A stretch of 43,416 bases of DNA, from assembly GCA_019115895.1 (NCBI GenBank), contig DXCS01000019.1, positions 1-43,416 of the forward strand, written 5' to 3'. A program made the position numbers and the translations under genes. Shown here piece by piece: positions 10,044-18,890 of the stretch (positions are counted from its first letter, which is position 1; each line of letters starts with the position of its first letter). The stretch is from Candidatus Merdibacter merdipullorum. GTDB lineage: Bacteria; Bacillota_I; Bacilli_A; Erysipelotrichales; Erysipelotrichaceae. The notes under the pieces were generated by a model. The model was given only the letters and a program-made list of their open reading frames with translations, searched no databases and was not told where the DNA came from.

Positions 10044-10570
10044 CTGACCTTCTCCTCCTGGCGGATCCGCAGGGCCTTCATTCGCTGATAGTCGTTCTTG
10101 ATCCGCACCAGCATCACGACCGCGAATACGAGGACGCCGTTGCCGATGATGGAGAGGAACTCATAGTTCACGATCCATGCGGCAAACTGCATCTCGCTTG
10201 CGCCACTGACCCTCATGTATAAGAATACCAGCAGATCCTTGACGAAAATCGTCGCAATGCAGAGGATGATGGATTCCAGCATGGAATCGCCCATGTGCCG
10301 TGACCACAGCTGCAGCAGCAGCGCGATGAGCAGGTAGACCGACGCATGCAGCAGAAACGTGTCTGTCACGAACAGATCGACCAGAAGCCCATAGAGAAAC
10401 GCGGTCAGGCAGCGGTCAAACAGCATCTCTTCCCGGATGACGAGCACGAGGGAACAAAACCCCACCGAAGGCAGGAAGACGAGGTCGTTCATCAGGAAGT
10501 TGCCGGGAAACAGCACGCTGATGGCCAGATCGACCAGGGTGCACAATCCGAAAAACAGCCAGTTGGTCAT
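10016..10570 (-). CDS. mreD: Rod shape-determining protein MreD
   Basis: Multi-TM protein with GLLVDL motif directly after mreC. Confidence 0.8.
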   Translation of the reverse strand: MTNWLFFGLCTLVDLAISVLFPGNFLMNDLVFLPSVGFCSLVLVIREEMLFDRCLTAFLYGLLVDLFVTDTFLLHASVYLLIALLLQLWSRHMGDSMLESIILCIATIFVKDLLVFLYMRVSGASEMQFAAWIVNYEFLSIIGNGVLVFAVVMLVRIKNDYQRMKALRIRQEEKVRWYTLRSRK

Positions 10571-10571
10571 C

Positions 10572-11474
10572 TCAGTTCACCTCGATGACAGTGACATAGT
10601 CAAAATACTGGAAATTGGAGACCGGCTCGACATAGATGACCTGTCCCAGCTGATTATCCAGCGTCTCCACCTTCTTGACGGTGCCGACGAACAGTCCGCT
10701 GGGGTATATGCCGCCCTTGCCACTGGTCACGACCTGCATGCCTTCCTCAACTGCCTGATCATCCAGCAGGGAGACCACATACGCCTGTTCATTGGTGTCA
10801 TAGGACTCCAGGATGCCTTCCACGCTGGACGCCTGTCCTTCGCTGTCCTGTGCCTGCTCTTGATCCTGATCCTCACCATCGCTTTCACCGTCCCCGTTTT
10901 CCCCCGCATCATTTCCCAGGTTGATGCGGACGGCGACCTTGTTGTTCTTGTCCTCACAGGTCAGCAGCTTCACTACGCTGGTGCTGTCCTGCACCTTCCA
11001 GATCTTTCCGATGACGCCCTGTGAGTTCATGACGACCATATCCTCTTCGATGCCGTCATTGGCGCCGACGTTCAGCGTCACCTGATCGTTCCAGTATGTG
11101 CTGTCCCGGCCGATCACCTTGGCCGAAATGCGGTTGAAGCCGGTCAGTGACTCATTCATATTCAGCAGTTCGCGCAGCTCCTCATTCTCGCGCTGGGCAT
11201 TTTCATACAGCGCCTGATAGTTCGTGGTCATGCTGAGCTCTTCGCGAAGCGTGTCATTTTCATCCTTTACCTTCCACAGATTGGCAAAATCGCTGCTGAA
11301 ATTCTTGATGGAGGTCAGCGGATAATCGATCAGGCCGTATTTCAGATAGCTGACGGCACTGTAGCCGATATCGCTGATACTGGCCTGTTTCATCCCCTGA
11401 AACAGCAGTCCGAGGGCCAGAAAAAAGCCGATCAGACACATCAGAATTTTCTGCGCTTTCGTAAATTTTGACAT
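10572..11474 (-). CDS. mreC: Rod shape-determining protein MreC
   Basis: TM + coiled coil (ENEELRELL), AKVIGRD, VTSGKGGIYPSGL; acidic insertion in the middle. Confidence 0.93.
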   Translation of the reverse strand: MSKFTKAQKILMCLIGFFLALGLLFQGMKQASISDIGYSAVSYLKYGLIDYPLTSIKNFSSDFANLWKVKDENDTLREELSMTTNYQALYENAQRENEELRELLNMNESLTGFNRISAKVIGRDSTYWNDQVTLNVGANDGIEEDMVVMNSQGVIGKIWKVQDSTSVVKLLTCEDKNNKVAVRINLGNDAGENGDGESDGEDQDQEQAQDSEGQASSVEGILESYDTNEQAYVVSLLDDQAVEEGMQVVTSGKGGIYPSGLFVGTVKKVETLDNQLGQVIYVEPVSNFQYFDYVTVIEVN

Positions 11475-11507
11475 TTCCTCACCTTTTTCCGTTCTGTTCA
11501 GTTACTT

Positions 11508-11536
11508 ATTATAAAGGGTATCGGACAATGTTTCAA
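11508..11536 (-). promoter_or_regulatory. Sigma-A promoter for mreC
   Basis: TTGAAA-N17-TATAAT on the minus strand, overlapping the radC stop. Confidence 0.65.
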
Positions 11537-12207
11537 TCTATAAAACCGCTTTGTCTGAAACTGAACCAGGCGTTGGGGCTCACGATGATATGATCCATCA
11601 GCGGGATGCCGACGATCTTTCCGCTCTCCACGATCTGCCGGGTCACATGATGGTCTGCCGATGAAGGCTCCGCGCTTCCGCCTGGATGATTATGCGCGCA
11701 GATGATGCTGGAGGCGCTCTGCCGCATGGCCTCCTTGAACACCTCGCGCGGGTGGACCATCGACGCGTTCAGCGTGCCGATGAACAGCACCCGATGATGC
11801 AGGATCTCGTTTTGCTGGTTGAGATACACCGCGATGAAGTGCTCCTGCTGCGCATAGCCATAGCTGAGCCGCAGCCATCGCACCAGATCATCGGGCGAGC
11901 AGATCGCAACCTTTTCCAGGCTGCTGCGATCGATGCGCCGGCAGAGCTCGATGCCGGCAAACAGCTGGATGGCCCGCACCTCCTTGATGCCGTTGATCTC
12001 CATGAGATCATTGGGATCCATATACATGAGCTCTCCCAGCGATCCGCACAGGGAGAGCACCTCATCTGCCAGCTCCAGCACGCTTTTTGACTTCGTTCCG
12101 CTCTGCAGCAGCAAAGCGATCAGCTCCCGGTTGCTCAGGGCGGACAGGCCCTCGCGCTTCGCTTTTTCGCGCGGGCGCTCATCAGGACTCATCTCTCGCA
12201 CTTTCAT
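11533..12207 (-). CDS. radC: RadC/JAB-domain protein
   Basis: ERPREK, VHPREVF, HNHPGG, DHII motifs. Confidence 0.95.
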   Translation of the reverse strand: MKVREMSPDERPREKAKREGLSALSNRELIALLLQSGTKSKSVLELADEVLSLCGSLGELMYMDPNDLMEINGIKEVRAIQLFAGIELCRRIDRSSLEKVAICSPDDLVRWLRLSYGYAQQEHFIAVYLNQQNEILHHRVLFIGTLNASMVHPREVFKEAMRQSASSIICAHNHPGGSAEPSSADHHVTRQIVESGKIVGIPLMDHIIVSPNAWFSFRQSGFID

Positions 12208-12610
12208 CTTTCATCGCCTGCAGCACTTTCTGATAATCTTGTTCATCCACGGCCGTGCTCATCTCCTCTCCTTCCACGGTGATCTTCTTTGTGATGTACG
12301 CAAGTTCCATTTCCTCCAGTTTCTTCCCCTCCTCTTCTGTCTTGTCCTCTTCTTCATACACGCTGGTCATCACGATCTGTCTGCCATCCTCTTCCACCTG
12401 ATACGGCGTCAGCCCCTTTTCCTTCAGCTGTTCGCAGATCTTCTGCGCGTTTTCGCTCTCTGCGTAGATCCCGACCTGATTCAGGTAAAGGGTGCGGGTC
12501 TGCTGCTGGCCCCCGCCGAAATCCACCGTGGTGAACAGCACGTAATAAAACAGGGAGAACACCAGGGAGAATGCCAGTGCAAAGGTGATGATGAGCCTGC
12601 GGTTTGCCAT
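12182..12610 (-). CDS. Membrane-anchored SPOR-like domain protein
   Basis: N-terminal TM then 'YLNQVGIYAESENA' (SPOR-type QvGaF..NA motif). Confidence 0.6.
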   Translation of the reverse strand: MANRRLIITFALAFSLVFSLFYYVLFTTVDFGGGQQQTRTLYLNQVGIYAESENAQKICEQLKEKGLTPYQVEEDGRQIVMTSVYEEEDKTEEEGKKLEEMELAYITKKITVEGEEMSTAVDEQDYQKVLQAMKDESARDES

Positions 12611-12629
12611 CTTCTCTCCTCCTCACCTC

Positions 12630-12658
12630 ACTGTATGCGCATGCAGCGCTGTTCATTC
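12630..12658 (-). promoter_or_regulatory. Putative sigma-E promoter of the SPOR gene
   Basis: Minus strand GAATGAA-N14-CATACAGT, immediately upstream of the RBS and downstream of a terminator. Confidence 0.45.
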
Positions 12659-12694
12659 CCGATCTTCCCATACGCCCGCGCGCATGCGCGCACT

Positions 12695-12720
12695 AAAAAA
12701 GGCTGCCTGCAGGCAGCCTT
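12695..12720 (-). terminator. Intrinsic terminator after DegV gene
   Basis: AAGGCTGCC-tgca-GGCAGCCTT running into a T-tract on the minus strand. Confidence 0.75.
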
Positions 12721-12723
12721 CGA

Positions 12724-13569
12724 TCAATACTTCAGCTTGCGGATCCGTCCGAATCCGATGGTCCCTTCTCCGGCGTGGGCCATGATCACCGCGCGGAACA
12801 CCCTGCGGTCGACCGGCCGGCCGCACGCTTCCTCCAGCAGGCTCTGCAGCTGATCGCATACCTTCGGATTGTCCGCATGGATGATCATCCAGTCGTAATC
12901 CTCAGGATCGACGTCCTTCAGCACGCAGTCGATGCCTACGCGGTAAGCCTTGGCCGCGGTGCGCACCTTGTCCTGCACATCGATCCCGCCGTTCTCCACC
13001 TTCAGCAGCGGGTGGATCTTCAGCATGCCGGCCAGCGCGGCCGCAGCCGGAGAGATCCGTCCGCCGTTTTTCAGCGCGTTGAGATTTTCCGGGATCAGGA
13101 TAGCGAACAGCTCGCCCTCGTTTTCGATCTTTTCCTTGATCTGCGCGCACGTATAGCCTTTTTCCAGCATTTCCCGCGCCGCCTTCAGCATATAGATCAC
13201 CGGATAACAGACAAAGGTGGAATCCACGACGGTCACCCGTCCCTCATAGCGTTCCTTAGCCAGGCGGATCGCATTGGCGCACGTGCCGCTGAGCGCCCTG
13301 GACAGCGGAAGGTAGAAGACCTCGTCATGATCCTGCAGCAGTTCTTCCCACTTGCGCATGATCTCGCCGGCGCTTGGCTGGGTGGTGGTGATCTTCTTCT
13401 GCGCGCGCAGCGCCTCGAGGATATCGCTGTCGAACACGCTGACGCCCTCCAGGTATTCTTTGCCCTCGATGATCACCGGCATCCGGAGCACATGGATCCC
13501 CAGCTCCTTCGCCTCTTCTTCCGTTACATCCGCGCTGGAATCACAAAGCAGCGCTGTTTTCTTTTCCAT
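12724..13569 (-). CDS. DegV family fatty-acid-binding protein (FakB-like)
   Basis: CDSSAD, TTQPS, LSRALSGT, GGRIS, AHAGEG motifs. Confidence 0.92.
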   Translation of the reverse strand: MEKKTALLCDSSADVTEEEAKELGIHVLRMPVIIEGKEYLEGVSVFDSDILEALRAQKKITTTQPSAGEIMRKWEELLQDHDEVFYLPLSRALSGTCANAIRLAKERYEGRVTVVDSTFVCYPVIYMLKAAREMLEKGYTCAQIKEKIENEGELFAILIPENLNALKNGGRISPAAAALAGMLKIHPLLKVENGGIDVQDKVRTAAKAYRVGIDCVLKDVDPEDYDWMIIHADNPKVCDQLQSLLEEACGRPVDRRVFRAVIMAHAGEGTIGFGRIRKLKY

Positions 13570-13621
13570 CCGATCACTCCTCATCATATTTGTTTCAGTA
13601 TATCAGTTCCATGCGCAAAAC

Positions 13622-14137
13622 TCAAACCGCATCGATCATCGCGGCCACGCGCAGAGCGAAGGCTTCCGCCTGTTTCAGATCCGTTTCATCCGGATGGCTC
13701 AGCGCATGATCGAAATTGGCGATCATCGCACGGGCAGCGTCCTTCATCTTCTCGTCTTTGAGCAGTTCTTCATATCTGTGGCGGACGCTCACCGGCATCT
13801 TTCCCTGGCAGACAAAGGCGGCCAGCACGTCGTTGTCCGCGCCTGCCTGCTCCTTCATCCGCTCCTCGATGCGCTGGAAGTATGCCCGGTCCATGCCATA
13901 GCCGCAGGTGGCGAACAAAGCCACCTTCTGATGATGGATGCCGCTGATGACCTTCCGCATCTCCTCGCTGAAGCCGCCTCTGTCGCACCAGCTTCCCAGG
14001 AACACGACATCTGCCGCTCCGGTCAGCGGCTGCATCCCGAAGCCCACGCAGCGCTCCTGTTTCAGCGTGCTGCGGATCTCCTCGGCGATCAATGCCGTGT
14101 TGCCGGTGCGGGAATCAAACAATACTGCGTATTTCAT
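13622..14137 (-). CDS. Flavodoxin family protein
   Basis: SRTGNT FMN-phosphate loop, GSWCDRG, CQGKM, HPD motifs. Confidence 0.85.
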   Translation of the reverse strand: MKYAVLFDSRTGNTALIAEEIRSTLKQERCVGFGMQPLTGAADVVFLGSWCDRGGFSEEMRKVISGIHHQKVALFATCGYGMDRAYFQRIEERMKEQAGADNDVLAAFVCQGKMPVSVRHRYEELLKDEKMKDAARAMIANFDHALSHPDETDLKQAEAFALRVAAMIDAV

Positions 14138-14234
14138 CGATAGTCATCCCTCTTTCCATGCTGCATAGCAGCTTTTATCATTATTATAACATGTTTTCCG
14201 TCATCGTTAACTGACACAGTGGCCTGATTGTCTA

Positions 14235-15515
14235 TCAGCAGCAGCCGGTCATGATCTCGATGATCTCCCGATCCGTCTGCTGCATGCCCTCTCTGGCGAG
14301 GCGTGAGATATTGCGGATGGTGTTCTCCACGCCCTTGGAGACGATCCCCTCACCGCCGCGGAACTGGCTGCCGTGCCGATACATCTCATAGCCGAGCAGT
14401 CCCGCTTCGATGGCACTGGCGATCTTCGCGGCGCAGCTGGGCTTCGCCCCGTCACAGACGACGCCGGAATTGACGGCCAGCGCATTGACCAGCGTATGCG
14501 ATACTGCCTCAAGGTCTCCGCCATCCTGATAACAGATGCCGCAGGCGGCGCCGCAGCCCGCGCTGATGACGCCGCAATAGGCGCTCAGCTTGCCGATGCC
14601 GTTCTTGAGATGGATCGTGATCAGGTTGGACACGATCAGCGAGCGGTACAGCAGTTCCCGTCCGGCCTGATGCGCCCTTCCCCAGACGACGAGGGGAACC
14701 GATGCGGTGATGCCTTGATTGCCGCTGCCGGAATTGATGATGACCGGCAGGCCGCAGCCGCTCATGCGCGCATCGCTGCCGGCGGCCGCATAGGCCCTGA
14801 CCCTCGTATGCAGATCATCGCCCCGCATATCCAGCAACACCCTGCCGATGTTTGCGCCGTATCCCTGCTTGAGCCCCTCGTTGGCGATGGCCATATTACA
14901 ACGGATCTGGCGCTGCAGCACGTCGCTCACTTCATCCAGATCGACGCTGTCCGCGAAATCGAGGATGCCTTCCACGCTCATGAACGAGCGGTCGATGAGC
15001 GGGGCCTCTTCCTGTCTGGGCTTTTCCCTGCGCAGCAGCACATCGCCGTTCTTCATCTCCCATACGATGTGGTCATGCGCACCGCTGATGCGGACGGCTG
15101 CTTCCTCTTCGCCATGGCGGACACGGACGATCAGATCGAGCACATCCGCTGACTCCAGACGGCGCACCTGGATATCCGTCCGTTCCAGATATGCCTTGAT
15201 CTGCGGAAGGGATGATTCAGCGATGGACGCGATGACCTGCAAGCCGCGCGAAGCGTCTCCCGCCGCGATGCCCGCCGCAGCCGCAGCTTCGATCCCCTTC
15301 ATCCCGCCGGTATGCGGAACGGTCACGCTCTTGACGTTCTTGATGATATTGCCGCTGGCTTCGATCAGCACATGCCTTGGCTCAGCGCCCAGCAGCTCGC
15401 GGGCACGGGCCGCGGCATAAGCGATGCTCACCGGCTCGGTGCATCCCATGGCCGCCACCAGCTCTTCCTTCAATACCTTGATATACTGTTGATAACGTTC
15501 ATCTGTTTGCTTCAT
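14235..15515 (-). CDS. Serine dehydratase alpha-family / L-cysteine desulfidase (YhaM/CyuA-like)
   Basis: AMGCTEP, GSDARMSG, SGSGNQG, LSAYCG, CDGAKPSCA motifs. Confidence 0.85.
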   Translation of the reverse strand: MKQTDERYQQYIKVLKEELVAAMGCTEPVSIAYAAARARELLGAEPRHVLIEASGNIIKNVKSVTVPHTGGMKGIEAAAAAGIAAGDASRGLQVIASIAESSLPQIKAYLERTDIQVRRLESADVLDLIVRVRHGEEEAAVRISGAHDHIVWEMKNGDVLLRREKPRQEEAPLIDRSFMSVEGILDFADSVDLDEVSDVLQRQIRCNMAIANEGLKQGYGANIGRVLLDMRGDDLHTRVRAYAAAGSDARMSGCGLPVIINSGSGNQGITASVPLVVWGRAHQAGRELLYRSLIVSNLITIHLKNGIGKLSAYCGVISAGCGAACGICYQDGGDLEAVSHTLVNALAVNSGVVCDGAKPSCAAKIASAIEAGLLGYEMYRHGSQFRGGEGIVSKGVENTIRNISRLAREGMQQTDREIIEIMTGCC

Positions 15516-15544
15516 TCTATCCTGCTCCTGTTCGATGTAATCTT

Positions 15545-15573
15545 ATCATACCGGAGGGGAAATATACAGGCAA
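15545..15573 (-). promoter_or_regulatory. Sigma-A promoter of the desulfidase gene, abutting the IS end
   Basis: TTGCCT-N17-TATGAT on the minus strand; the IS terminal repeat begins at 15575. Confidence 0.55.
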
Positions 15574-15574
15574 T

Positions 15575-17463
15575 GTTACTATTCACAGTCGGTCAAAACC
15601 TGTCAAGTGGAAAACTAAAGAAATTATTTTTTGTTTGAAGGCGAATCAAAGACTTTCTGGCCGATGTGATCTGTCTGGTTGTTAAATGTCATATTTTTTA
15701 TAGATCGGCCTTATAAAAGGTTCTATGAGCTCTGTAGACTAAATTTTATCGTGTTTGCAGAGCTTTTTTCTGTTTGCTCATCAAATAGTTTTCCACAGGG
15801 ATGCTCTGAATTCGTATGTTATAATCTTTATGTAATAACCAATGCAGGAGGTTTCGACGATGGCTGATGATTTTTATAAATTGTATTGTGAAGAAGTTGA
15901 AAAGAACGAAAAACTTGTGAAAGAAAACAAATATCTAAAAGGCCGGGTTCGCAGCCTCTCAAGCCAGCTCGATTATTTGATGGAGAATCAGGATAAGATC
16001 ATCGAACGTAAGGTAAATAAACAAGTAGATAAGATCACTGATGCATTTGAGAATAAAATAACCACGATGCAGAAGAAAATTGACAACTTGAACTCCATAT
16101 TAAATAACGATTCGACCAATTCAGGACTTCCTACATCCAAAACGCCGTTGAATAAGAAAAAACATATTCCGAACTCAAGAGAGAAAACAGATAATAAAAA
16201 AGGTGGTCAGCTCAATCATAAAAAACATAAATTAGAAAGATTTAATGATGATGATATTACAGATTATGTGGACCATAAAGTAGGATCATGTCCAAAATGC
16301 GGTTCTCCTATGAAGCCAGGAAATGTTTTCGCAATGAAGGATGAATGTGATTTCCAGATCGTAGTGAGAAGGATACGTCATCGTTTTATCGAGTCTATAT
16401 GCCCTGAATGCGGAAATAAGGAAAGAATTGCCATTCCGAAAGAATTAAAAGAAGAAAATCAATATGGGATCGGTGTGCAGAATTTGATACTGACATTATT
16501 GAATGAAGGATATGTCTCCATGAACCGCACAAATGAAATGATCACAGGGCTTACAGAAGGGCAGATCTCCCTAAGCAATGGATATATTGCGAAGCTGCAG
16601 AAAAGATTGAGCGATTCTTTGGGCGGATTCATTCAGGAATTAAAGAAAGAAGTTATTCGGCTGCCGATCGTTCATTGGGATGATACGGTAATAAGCATAA
16701 ATAAAAAGAATGCCTGCTTAAGGTTTTATGGAGATGATAAGATAGCTTACTATACGGCCCATGCGCAGAAAAATAAGCAAGGACTGGATGAGGATCAGAT
16801 ACTCGCCTCATTATCAAAAGAAAAAATAGTGATGCATGATCATAATAAGGTAAATTATAACGAGGAATATCATTTTGCAAATGTAGAGTGCTGTGTGCAT
16901 CTGCTGCGGGATCTGAAAAAGGTCGTTGATCGTTTAGGACATGAGTGGGCGAAGGATCTGATAGAACTGCTGTTGAGAGAAAATCACAATCGAAATGTCG
17001 GCAACTATATCGATGCTGATTATATTGCCCTGCAGTATGATACGATAATAGCTCAAGGGGAGATGGAAAATCTAGAAGACGAAGATAAATATTATGCTAG
17101 TGATGAGAAGAATTTACTGAAGCGATTGAAGGAGTACAAGGAAAACTATTTGATGTGGACATTGAATAAAGAGATCCCGTTTTCAAATAATGTCAGCGAG
17201 CGATCTTTGCGCAGCAGTAAGACGAAGATGAAAGTATCGGGACAATTTGAAAACATAAATAGTGCAAGAAATTACGCAAATATAAAATCGTATCTGGAAA
17301 CAGGAAAGCGGCATGGGTATCACGTAAGCGAATTGATAAAAAGGGCGTTAGGAGAAAGCTATATCACAATTGCAGAAATGAAACTACACGATGCAGAATC
17401 AGAAGACTGATTCTAACATCGTGTTTTTTCCGTGCCCTTTCATTTCCTGCTGTGAATAGTAAC
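15575..17463 (+). mobile_element. IS66-family insertion sequence (single ORF, ISBst12-like)
   Basis: Perfect 14-bp terminal inverted repeats GTTACTATTCACAG (15575-15588) / CTGTGAATAGTAAC (17450-17463); markedly AT-rich relative to flanks; no target-site duplication seen. Confidence 0.85.
15860..17410 (+). CDS. IS66-family transposase
   Basis: Coiled coil, NSGLPTS, zinc ribbon CPKC/CPEC, catalytic HWDDT / HD / NNVSERSLR; RBS GGAGG; TGnTATAAT at 15817-15825. Confidence 0.9.
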   Translation: MADDFYKLYCEEVEKNEKLVKENKYLKGRVRSLSSQLDYLMENQDKIIERKVNKQVDKITDAFENKITTMQKKIDNLNSILNNDSTNSGLPTSKTPLNKKKHIPNSREKTDNKKGGQLNHKKHKLERFNDDDITDYVDHKVGSCPKCGSPMKPGNVFAMKDECDFQIVVRRIRHRFIESICPECGNKERIAIPKELKEENQYGIGVQNLILTLLNEGYVSMNRTNEMITGLTEGQISLSNGYIAKLQKRLSDSLGGFIQELKKEVIRLPIVHWDDTVISINKKNACLRFYGDDKIAYYTAHAQKNKQGLDEDQILASLSKEKIVMHDHNKVNYNEEYHFANVECCVHLLRDLKKVVDRLGHEWAKDLIELLLRENHNRNVGNYIDADYIALQYDTIIAQGEMENLEDEDKYYASDEKNLLKRLKEYKENYLMWTLNKEIPFSNNVSERSLRSSKTKMKVSGQFENINSARNYANIKSYLETGKRHGYHVSELIKRALGESYITIAEMKLHDAESED

Positions 17464-17508
17464 GTTTTTACACCGCAAGGGCACACTTTTTAATTTTTTC
17501 TATTCCCT

Positions 17509-17542
17509 GTATTATAGTCTGCATGGTATTATAGTCTGCATG
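17509..17542. repeat. 17-bp perfect tandem duplication
   Basis: GTATTATAGTCTGCATG twice in tandem. Confidence 0.9.
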
Positions 17543-17766
17543 ACTATTTTGCTGTCCGTGTCTAAGATGGATGCGTTCAGGCGGGAGAGCGCATCGCGTG
17601 TCTTGGGATCGCTCACCGCGATGATGATGACCGGCTGACGGTTCATTCCAGAGGGCGCATACAGACCGGCTTCGACGATCTGATCGATCAGCTCACGAGG
17701 GACCATGTCGCGCTGATAGGCGCGCACGCTCCTTCTCGTCTTGATCAGCTCCAGCATTTCATTCAT
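17512..17766 (-). pseudogene. Nitroreductase, 3'-truncated
   Basis: RRSVRAY and APSGMNRQP motifs; resemblance ends near 17551 where AT-rich DNA begins; only 84 aa. Confidence 0.85.
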
Positions 17767-17835
17767 CTTGACTCCTCCTTTTCTTCTCATTTTAGCATCG
17801 GCGCGCGTCAGGGACAAGCGCCGATACTGACGATG

Positions 17836-17858
17836 AAAAAGACGCCGGCTGGCGTCTT
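17836..17858 (-). terminator. Intrinsic terminator of the sucrose operon
   Basis: AAGACGCC-agcc-GGCGTCTT-TTT on the minus strand after the scrK stop. Confidence 0.7.
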
Positions 17859-17867
17859 CATCTATGA

Positions 17868-18875
17868 TCACAGAAAGTCATCGTCATCGTCGAAATCGTC
17901 GTCGAGCTCCAGGGAGTGGCGGAAAGCCTCCAGCTCCTGCTGGTCAGCCATCGCGGCCAGCGCGCCGGCGATCGTCGTCGTGTGTGCCGCATACAAATTG
18001 GCAAAGTCAAGATGGTTCTGCAGCTGCCCGCAGGAGATCTCCTCCAGATCGCCGTTGCCTTCCTTCAACAGGCAATAGAGGAATGCGCCGATGAAGGAGT
18101 CGCCGGCTCCTGTGGTATCCACCACATCGACGCGGTGCCCTTTGCTGGTGATGCATTCTCCTTTGCGGTACAGGGAAGCGCCTTCCTTGCCCTGGGTGTA
18201 GATGATGTATCTGCATCTTCCCTGCAGCAGCTGGGGCAGGGCTGCTTCGATGTCGGTGCGTCCGGTGATGAACTCAAGCTCTTCATCGGAAAGCTTGAGG
18301 ATGTCGGCATAAGGCAGAAACTCGAGAACGGCGTTTCTGAGCGCTTCTTCATCATCCCACAGGGAGAAACGCAGATTAGGGTCAAAGCTGATCAGGACAC
18401 CTTTTCTTGTGGCCAGATCAAGCAGTTTGCGATGAGCCTCTTTCATCGGGGAATCCATGAGCGATACGCTGCAGAAATGCACCATTCCGCACTCGTCCAG
18501 GATGTCCTCGCTGATGTTGTCCGGGCTGTATTGCAGGTCTGCGGCCGTGCGGCGGTAAAACTTGAAGTCGCGGTTGCCGTCTTCCTGCAAGGAAACGAAA
18601 GAGAGAGAGGTGTCGTGCTCCTTGGTCTGCAGGATATGTGAGGTGTCGATGCCGCTGTCTTTCAGCGACTGAATGATATAGTCGCCGAACGCATCGGCTC
18701 CCAGCTGCGTGAGCACCATGGCAGGGATGCCCAGCCGCGCTGCCGCGCCTGCCACATTGGCTGGTGCCCCTCCGGCAACACGAGTAAATCCTTCCACATC
18801 TTTCAATGCGCAGCCCTTTCGCTGCGGGATAAAGTCGATGAGCGCTTCACCGATCACGCAAAGTTTCTGTTTCAT
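17868..18875 (-). CDS. scrK: PfkB-family fructokinase
   Basis: GGAPANVA, FDPNLR, DTTGAGDSF; in the sucrose operon. Confidence 0.9.
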   Translation of the reverse strand: MKQKLCVIGEALIDFIPQRKGCALKDVEGFTRVAGGAPANVAGAAARLGIPAMVLTQLGADAFGDYIIQSLKDSGIDTSHILQTKEHDTSLSFVSLQEDGNRDFKFYRRTAADLQYSPDNISEDILDECGMVHFCSVSLMDSPMKEAHRKLLDLATRKGVLISFDPNLRFSLWDDEEALRNAVLEFLPYADILKLSDEELEFITGRTDIEAALPQLLQGRCRYIIYTQGKEGASLYRKGECITSKGHRVDVVDTTGAGDSFIGAFLYCLLKEGNGDLEEISCGQLQNHLDFANLYAAHTTTIAGALAAMADQQELEAFRHSLELDDDFDDDDDFL

Positions 18876-18890
18876 GGCGATTGCCTCCTT

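Noticed and set aside
12678-12691. Palindrome GCGCGCATGCGCGC
   Set aside because: Low-complexity GC palindrome expected by chance at this GC content; single copy.
13622-14137. Flavodoxin as part of a bilirubin-reductase (bilQRS) locus
   Set aside because: No adjacent Old Yellow Enzyme reductase or MarR gene; cannot be assigned beyond flavodoxin.
17509-17542. CRISPR-like repeat
   Set aside because: Two adjacent 17-bp copies with no spacer and no cas genes; no array seen anywhere in the window.
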